Shown here: positions 60,887-64,000 of the stretch, piece after piece
Numbering within the stretch: position 1 is the stretch's first letter
Layout: the number at the start of each line of letters is the position of its first letter
Assembly (NCBI RefSeq): GCF_964355755.1
Contig: NC_092670.1
Span: 37,188,388-37,252,387 of the forward strand
DNA from: Antedon mediterranea
Lineage: Eukaryota; Animalia; Echinodermata
Direction of reading: 5' to 3'
DNA length: 64,000 nucleotides
Made by a program: the position numbers and the translations under genes
The notes under the pieces: generated by a model
What the model saw: the letters and a program-made list of their open reading frames with translations, nothing else
The model's database searches: none
What the model was told of the DNA's origin: nothing

Positions 60887-61010
60887 GGCTCAGTCTACAC
60901 TATCAAACTAGTTTGACAAAAACAGTTTGATGTGCCCATATATGGTAGTGATATGCCCAAATATGGTGGTGATATGACATCATCATGTCCATATGGGCAC
61001 ATCAAATTTG
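60887..61010 (+). mobile_element. MITE family A, right end degraded
   Basis: Left TIR and internal repeats present. Confidence 0.8.
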
Positions 61011-62494
61011 TTTTTCATTTAAAAAGTATTTTTATATTGTAGCATATCTTAAATTATTCATACCTCATGTTTTCACTGTTTATTCAACAATAACAAATGC
61101 GTGTATTGGTTTCACTTGAATACATTTTGTATGTATTCTTCAACATTATTTTTAAAAAAGACTAGAATATCTGTATAAAATAAGTAATAAATTCATAAAA
61201 TATTTTGAATCTTTATTTTTAAAAAATGATTTACAAATTTTACCCATAATTTAAGCTACATAAATTGATTTTAGAAAAGAATGTTGCATATTTAAACTAT
61301 ATAAAAATTAAATACTTGATATAAAAAGTAGACTGAAATATCCAGTATCAAGTTGCATAACAAAAAAATTAGGCTCTATAAAATTCTGAATGCTTGCATA
61401 AATGCCTGGAGCATTGAAGACTAGTTCTGCATATTTAATGACTTCAAGGCCAGGCTTAAGGAACTCATTATGATTGGATAGAAATTTCTGTTGAAGCACA
61501 GTGTCAAAGGTCATTTGAGAGGATTACATGATCACATAATTGACCCCCAAGATTCATCGCCATAGTTATTACGGGCTAATATTATGGAAAAGTCTTTAGC
61601 GTTGCAAGCATTTACGGAAATGACTTTGAATGATAAAAAGCGTGATTTCTAGCTGCAGTAAACATTGTGCGTGTAACATTGTATCCTAAAGCTTAGCAAA
61701 GATTTTAATTTGGCAGCTTGCCAACATTCAAATTTAATACTTTATAATTCATTGATGTGATATAAGAGTCGAAACTGAGATTCTCTGATTTTCCAAAGTG
61801 CTTTTGAATATTTCCCTCTCGATTTTGTTTTATTTGACTTTATAATTTTTAGTATAAATCATAATCCACCAGAATACATGAATGCCACATGTTTATCAGA
61901 TTGTCTTGCAATTTAATGGTCAAAATGAATGATAAACTACAATCATTAAATCTGTAGCAATACTATTTTTAAAAAATGAGTTACCTCTTTTTTTTTTTAT
62001 ATATCTTGTCGAAAAAATTAAAATATTCCAAATAAAATAATGAATGTATTTCATTAATAGATTTCCTTAATGTTTTCTTGTTAAGTAATGATATGCTGTA
62101 ACACAAGTTAAAATATTCTTAATAAAATAACGACAATATTTCATTAATAGATTTCCTTTAATAATGTTTTGTTTTTAAGTAACTTCAGTTAAGATATTTT
62201 TTATTTCAATCATATTTGTACTAATATTTTAATATGCAGTTGCACAAGTTAAAAAGTAACTAGGAAATCTATAAAATATGAACGGACTTATTTGTTCTTA
62301 GGTCTAGCACAGGTCATGAATAGAATTTCTGCTTTTATACAGAGACACAATGCCTGAGCAGTGTTCTGTTCTGAGCCTAGTGATAGAAAAGGATTCTTCA
62401 TAATAATGATAATAATAACAAGTTTGATTGATATTTGTGCAGTTTTATATTTTGTGTATGTTGGATTTGGAGTTACAGATATTTGGTTATTTGG

Positions 62495-62790
62495 CTTCCC
62501 ATAGTTATATTTAATGCTTTGTTTGGTCCTTATGACTTCCCATATTTATGTGTGTGATATATTTTGGCTCTAATGACTTCCCATATTTATGACTGATATA
62601 TTTTGGCTCTAATGACTCCCCATATTTATGTGTGTGATATTTTGGCTCTAATGACTCCCCATATTTATGTGTGTGATATATTTTGGCTCTAGTGACTTCC
62701 CATATTTATGAGTGTGAATGTGATATATTGGGTTCGATATATTTTGGCTCTAATGACTCCCCATATTTATGTGTGTGAATGTGATACTTT
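62495..62790. repeat. ~39-bp minisatellite, ~6-7 degenerate copies
   Basis: ATATTTTGGCTCTAATGACTCCCCATATTTATGTGTGTGAT. Confidence 0.9.
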
Positions 62791-63154
62791 TGTTTTTATT
62801 TATTTATTTATTTATTTTGCCCTAATTACTGCAGTAATGCCCATTTTTATATTGGTGTGTGATATTTTAAAAGTGAGGCTATCTATTGCCAACAAAGTCG
62901 TAACGCAGAGCCAAATTGGCAAGTTCAACATCCTGGACGTAGGAAGGTTCTCGCTCCTGTCAGCAACTCTTTCATTTTGAAATGGATATCGCAGTTTGTG
63001 AAACTGATAGCTTGTAATAGTGCTAATCTACGAATCATTTAACATTTTCACAATTATACAGTAGAAATGGAAAAAAAATTACTGTAAATGAACCTTTCAT
63101 ATATAAGTTTCTGTTGTAAGAGTAAATCGTGTATCTTCATTCTAAAGTTGTAAG

Positions 63155-63305
63155 AGTCTTTCACCAGTTCTGCCAAATCAAATCAAACGTCAATAATGTT
63201 TCATTTTCACAACGCTCCACGCCAATCGATATGCGCGTAGCTGTGTAAAACCTAAACATTGACGTTCAATTTGATTTTTCGGCGCCGGAACCGTGCTGAA
63301 AGGTC
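63155..63305. mobile_element. Small foldback MITE
   Basis: CTTTCA..AGTTC..CCAAATCAAATCAAACGTCAAT / ATTGACGTTCAATTTGATTT...GAACC..GCTGAAAG. Confidence 0.55.
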
Positions 63306-64000
63306 ATCTAGAACACACTAATTACATGGTAAAAAGAATAGTTTCCCAGTAAAAATAATATATTCATGTAAAGGCCAGGTGCGAGCAAAAAATTTCTATT
63401 GATCATACATTCCAATAATTATCGATCTATAGTTTCCCCTATGTTTCATAATTTTTGGGATTTTATTTGTGTTACACGAGTTTGTTGAAAATAAGCACTT
63501 TCTTATCAGTGGGGGGATAGTTCAAATTACACAGTAAAATCTCTATTCGTTTGTACACACATTTTGTAAATAGAGAGGCATTTTAAAAAGCTATGAAAAA
63601 TAAACGGTGTGGTAAAAAATGTTATCAGATGACTAAATATAGGTAATATAACTTGAATATTACATTTCTGATATTTTTATTCAACTTCAGATTTTTATTT
63701 TCATGCTATAGCAAAAATTATCCACCGCATATCCACCATCTTTTTTCACCGTCTAGGGAGTCACCAGATATGTTATTACATTAGGTTAACTACCTAACTA
63801 CTGAAAAAAAGTCTCCCTGGTTTTTATGGAAGAATTTTGCCAAATTTTGTATTTGACCATATTAAGTGAAATTCATGTTTTTTCGTCTCGATTTCTGTTA
63901 CAAATATTTGATTTATGTACAATTAACCAAATATTAAATTTAAAATTCATGCCTGTACCTGAGCTTTAAGGTACATTTGTGTCATTGTGCATCAGCCCAA

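Noticed and set aside
62870-63045. Next NCOA coding exon
   Set aside because: GC-richer, but no good acceptor/donor pair and no p160-like or Q-rich sequence.

Overview
AT-rich, intron-rich animal genomic DNA. The repeat types suggest a marine invertebrate deuterostome, possibly an echinoderm, but that is inference. I can support one protein-coding gene: a p160/SRC nuclear receptor coactivator (NCOA1/2/3 / taiman family) on the + strand. Ten phase-compatible GT-AG coding exons (42225-54174, 788 codons) encode an N-terminal KRK, bHLH, PAS-A, PAS-B and an LxxLL receptor-interaction region. The last exon ends at a splice donor and I found no further exon before 64000, so the gene probably continues beyond the window. 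The first ~42 kb look like 5' intron or upstream sequence. The rest is a dense set of non-autonomous mobile elements and tandem repeats: PIF/Harbinger-, Tc1/pogo-, Kolobok- and Mutator-like MITEs (several nested), a Helitron, Helentron-type elements, tRNA- and 5S-derived SINEs, Rex1/RTE/RTE-X/CR1/Penelope fragments, and minisatellites. Most short ORFs in the supplied track are spurious. I did not find a convincing new multi-gene system. The best leads are (1) very dense TACAGTA/TACTGTA transposon-excision footprints, demonstrable by comparing repeat copies, (2) a duplicated 3' splice site next to a Penelope-like fragment that would truncate NCOA right after PAS-B, (3) a divergent NCOA bHLH helix 2, and (4) an intronic ATTGGTC (CCAAT-box) cluster. 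All family assignments are by recognition, not database search.
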